NCBI GenBank assembly: GCA_017849585.1
Contig: JAFIGT010000032.1
Span: forward strand, 84,027-148,026
Length of the DNA stretch: 64,000 nt
Reading direction: 5' to 3'
Source: Verrucomicrobium sp.
Lineage (GTDB): Bacteria; Verrucomicrobiota; Verrucomicrobiia; Methylacidiphilales; UBA1321
In this document: positions 62,872-64,000 of the stretch, piece by piece
Layout: every line of letters starts with the position of its first letter
Position numbering within the stretch: the first letter of the stretch is position 1
The notes under the pieces: model-generated
What the model saw: the letters and a program-made list of their open reading frames with translations, nothing else
Database searches by the model: none
What the model was told of the DNA's origin: nothing
Translations under genes and position numbers: made by a program

Positions 62872-63729
62872 TTATTCCGTGGCGCCGGTGGCCTTGATTG
62901 CGTCGATGACGGGGAGGTGATTGCCCGCGGTGGCGTGGGCGAGGGCGCTTTTGCCCGCCTTATCCTTGATCGAACCGTCGGCTCCGTTGTCGATGAGGAG
63001 TTTTACGATTTCAAGGTGACCTTTATCCGCAGCGACAATGAGCGCCGTCGCGCCGTCGCCATTGGCGGCGTTCACATTTGCGCCCGCGTCGATGCACGCT
63101 TTGACCGATTCCACATTGCCCGAAGCGGCAGCGAGGGTGATCGGGTAGTCATGCTTGGCGTCGAAGGCTTGATGGCTCACGCCAGAGTTGAACAAGGCGG
63201 CAACGACGGCCCCTTGACCCGCTTTCGCTGCGTAGTGGATGGCCTGTCCGCCCGACTTGTCTTTCATCTTGCAGTCGGCGCCTTTTTCGATGAGGAGCAG
63301 CGCGATTTCCGGTTGGTTCGATTGAATGGCGAGAATCAGGCTGGTGTTGCCATCGGCGGTTTTCGAGGACGGGTCCGCGCCCTTGCCGATCATGAGGACG
63401 GTCAGATCTTTATTGCCGCTGGCGACTACCATCTGGAGCGCACTCTTACCCTCGGGGCCGATGAAGTTCGGGTTGCCGCCCTTGGTCAACGCGTCGTTGA
63501 TGCCGTCCGGATTGTTGTCTTTGACCGCTTGCAGAAGCGCCTTGTTCAGGCCCGACTGGCGAGAATCGATTTCCGCCACGACTTTGTCTGTTTCCTGCCG
63601 CTTCGCTTCGCGTTTCGTGGCGGGTTTCTCGTCGCCGCCATCCCGCGTGCGGGTCGGCTTTTTGCAAGCGCCAAGCGCGAGCAGGGGAACGAGGGCGATG
63701 GTGAAAAGACGGAGGGAACGGATTTTCAT
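62872..63729 (-). CDS. ankyrin-repeat lipoprotein
   Basis: Lipobox LLALGAC. At least five ankyrin repeats (e.g. G.TALI.AA..GH.EIVKLLIDNGAD). Confidence 0.85.
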   Translation of the reverse strand: MKIRSLRLFTIALVPLLALGACKKPTRTRDGGDEKPATKREAKRQETDKVVAEIDSRQSGLNKALLQAVKDNNPDGINDALTKGGNPNFIGPEGKSALQMVVASGNKDLTVLMIGKGADPSSKTADGNTSLILAIQSNQPEIALLLIEKGADCKMKDKSGGQAIHYAAKAGQGAVVAALFNSGVSHQAFDAKHDYPITLAAASGNVESVKACIDAGANVNAANGDGATALIVAADKGHLEIVKLLIDNGADGSIKDKAGKSALAHATAGNHLPVIDAIKATGATE

Positions 63730-64000
63730 ACAATTTTAATTTTCGACAAATCTTCCTTGGGTTTGGGCCAGCTCATCTTCAAATCTTCCAGCGCTTCCAC
63801 CACGCGCTTGGCCACGAGATAATCGCGGTACCATTTGCGGTCGGCGGGCAATACGTGCCAACGGCAGGCGGGGGTGCTGCATTCGTTCAGCATGTCTTCG
63901 AAGGCCACTTGGTACTCGTCCCAATGGGCGCGTGTATCCAGGTCGCTCGCGCGGAATTCCCAGTTTTTGCGCGGGTCCTGCAACCGGTCACGCAAGCGTT
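63726..64000 (-). CDS. polyphosphate kinase 2 (PPK2) family protein, C-terminal part (5' end off the right edge)
   Basis: The pattern NWEFRASDLDTRAHWDEYQVAFEDMLNECSTPACRWHVLPADRKWYRDYLV matches the PPK2 C-terminal region. The frame is open to the window end. Its stop overlaps the ankyrin gene start (ATGA). Confidence 0.7.
   Translation of the reverse strand, partial: RLRDRLQDPRKNWEFRASDLDTRAHWDEYQVAFEDMLNECSTPACRWHVLPADRKWYRDYLVAKRVVEALEDLKMSWPKPKEDLSKIKIV

Noticed and set aside
62917-63822. 301-aa plus-strand ORF
   Set aside because: Antisense to the ankyrin-repeat lipoprotein and PPK2 genes.
1-64000. CRISPR arrays, rRNA genes, IS elements/transposases, toxin-antitoxin or restriction-modification modules
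   Set aside because: I looked for regularly spaced direct repeats, rRNA-like conserved stretches, DDE/serine/tyrosine recombinase motifs and small paired ORFs. None were found. The only repeats are the intergenic elements and domain duplications reported above.

Overview
This 64-kb chromosomal segment comes from a PVC-group bacterium, most likely Verrucomicrobiota (Chthoniobacter/Spartobacteria- or Pedosphaera-like). The pointers are a Verru_Chthon-type D-B-C-A pseudopilin cassette, several prepilin-type H-X9-DG proteins and many PEP-CTERM proteins.

Bases 1-50,200 are a mosaic of glycan-utilisation clusters.
- Enzymes: GH29 fucosidase, GH5, a GH78-like enzyme, three large clan-GH-A-like enzymes carrying F5/8-type-C or CBM9-like modules, a sialate-O-acetylesterase-like esterase, an SGNH esterase, a beta-helix protein, two FAD oxidoreductases, Gfo/Idh/MocA and DUF2264.
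- Regulators and transporters: two LacI and two AraC regulators, one SSS and one MFS transporter.
- Seven small secreted beta-sandwich-like proteins: four PEP-CTERM-anchored, three ending exactly where the anchor would start.
- No SusC/D, TonB-dependent receptor or ABC binding protein is present.

A tRNA-Pro/tRNA-Leu pair at about 51.0-51.2 kb separates this region from a visibly more GC-rich housekeeping stretch. That stretch holds a TPR protein, an MBL/beta-CASP exonuclease, a GlcD-like oxidase, a TauE exporter, an OM beta-barrel, a RibD_C reductase, a fused circularly permuted ATP-grasp/alpha-E protein with a transglutaminase, an ankyrin lipoprotein and PPK2.

Structure not explained by the genes:
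- a TTAAC-N2-GTTAA palindrome recurring upstream of operons next to the LacI genes
- a roughly 40-bp GAATTCG...AATCAGCCTAAC element upstream of five genes near the AraC genes
- a roughly 120-bp intergenic repeat family
- tandem heptamer blocks
- a probable deletion scar joining two 5'-truncated genes

No rRNA, CRISPR array, transposase, integrase or phage gene was seen. All family calls rest on motif recognition by eye. No alignments, HMM searches or GC statistics were computed.
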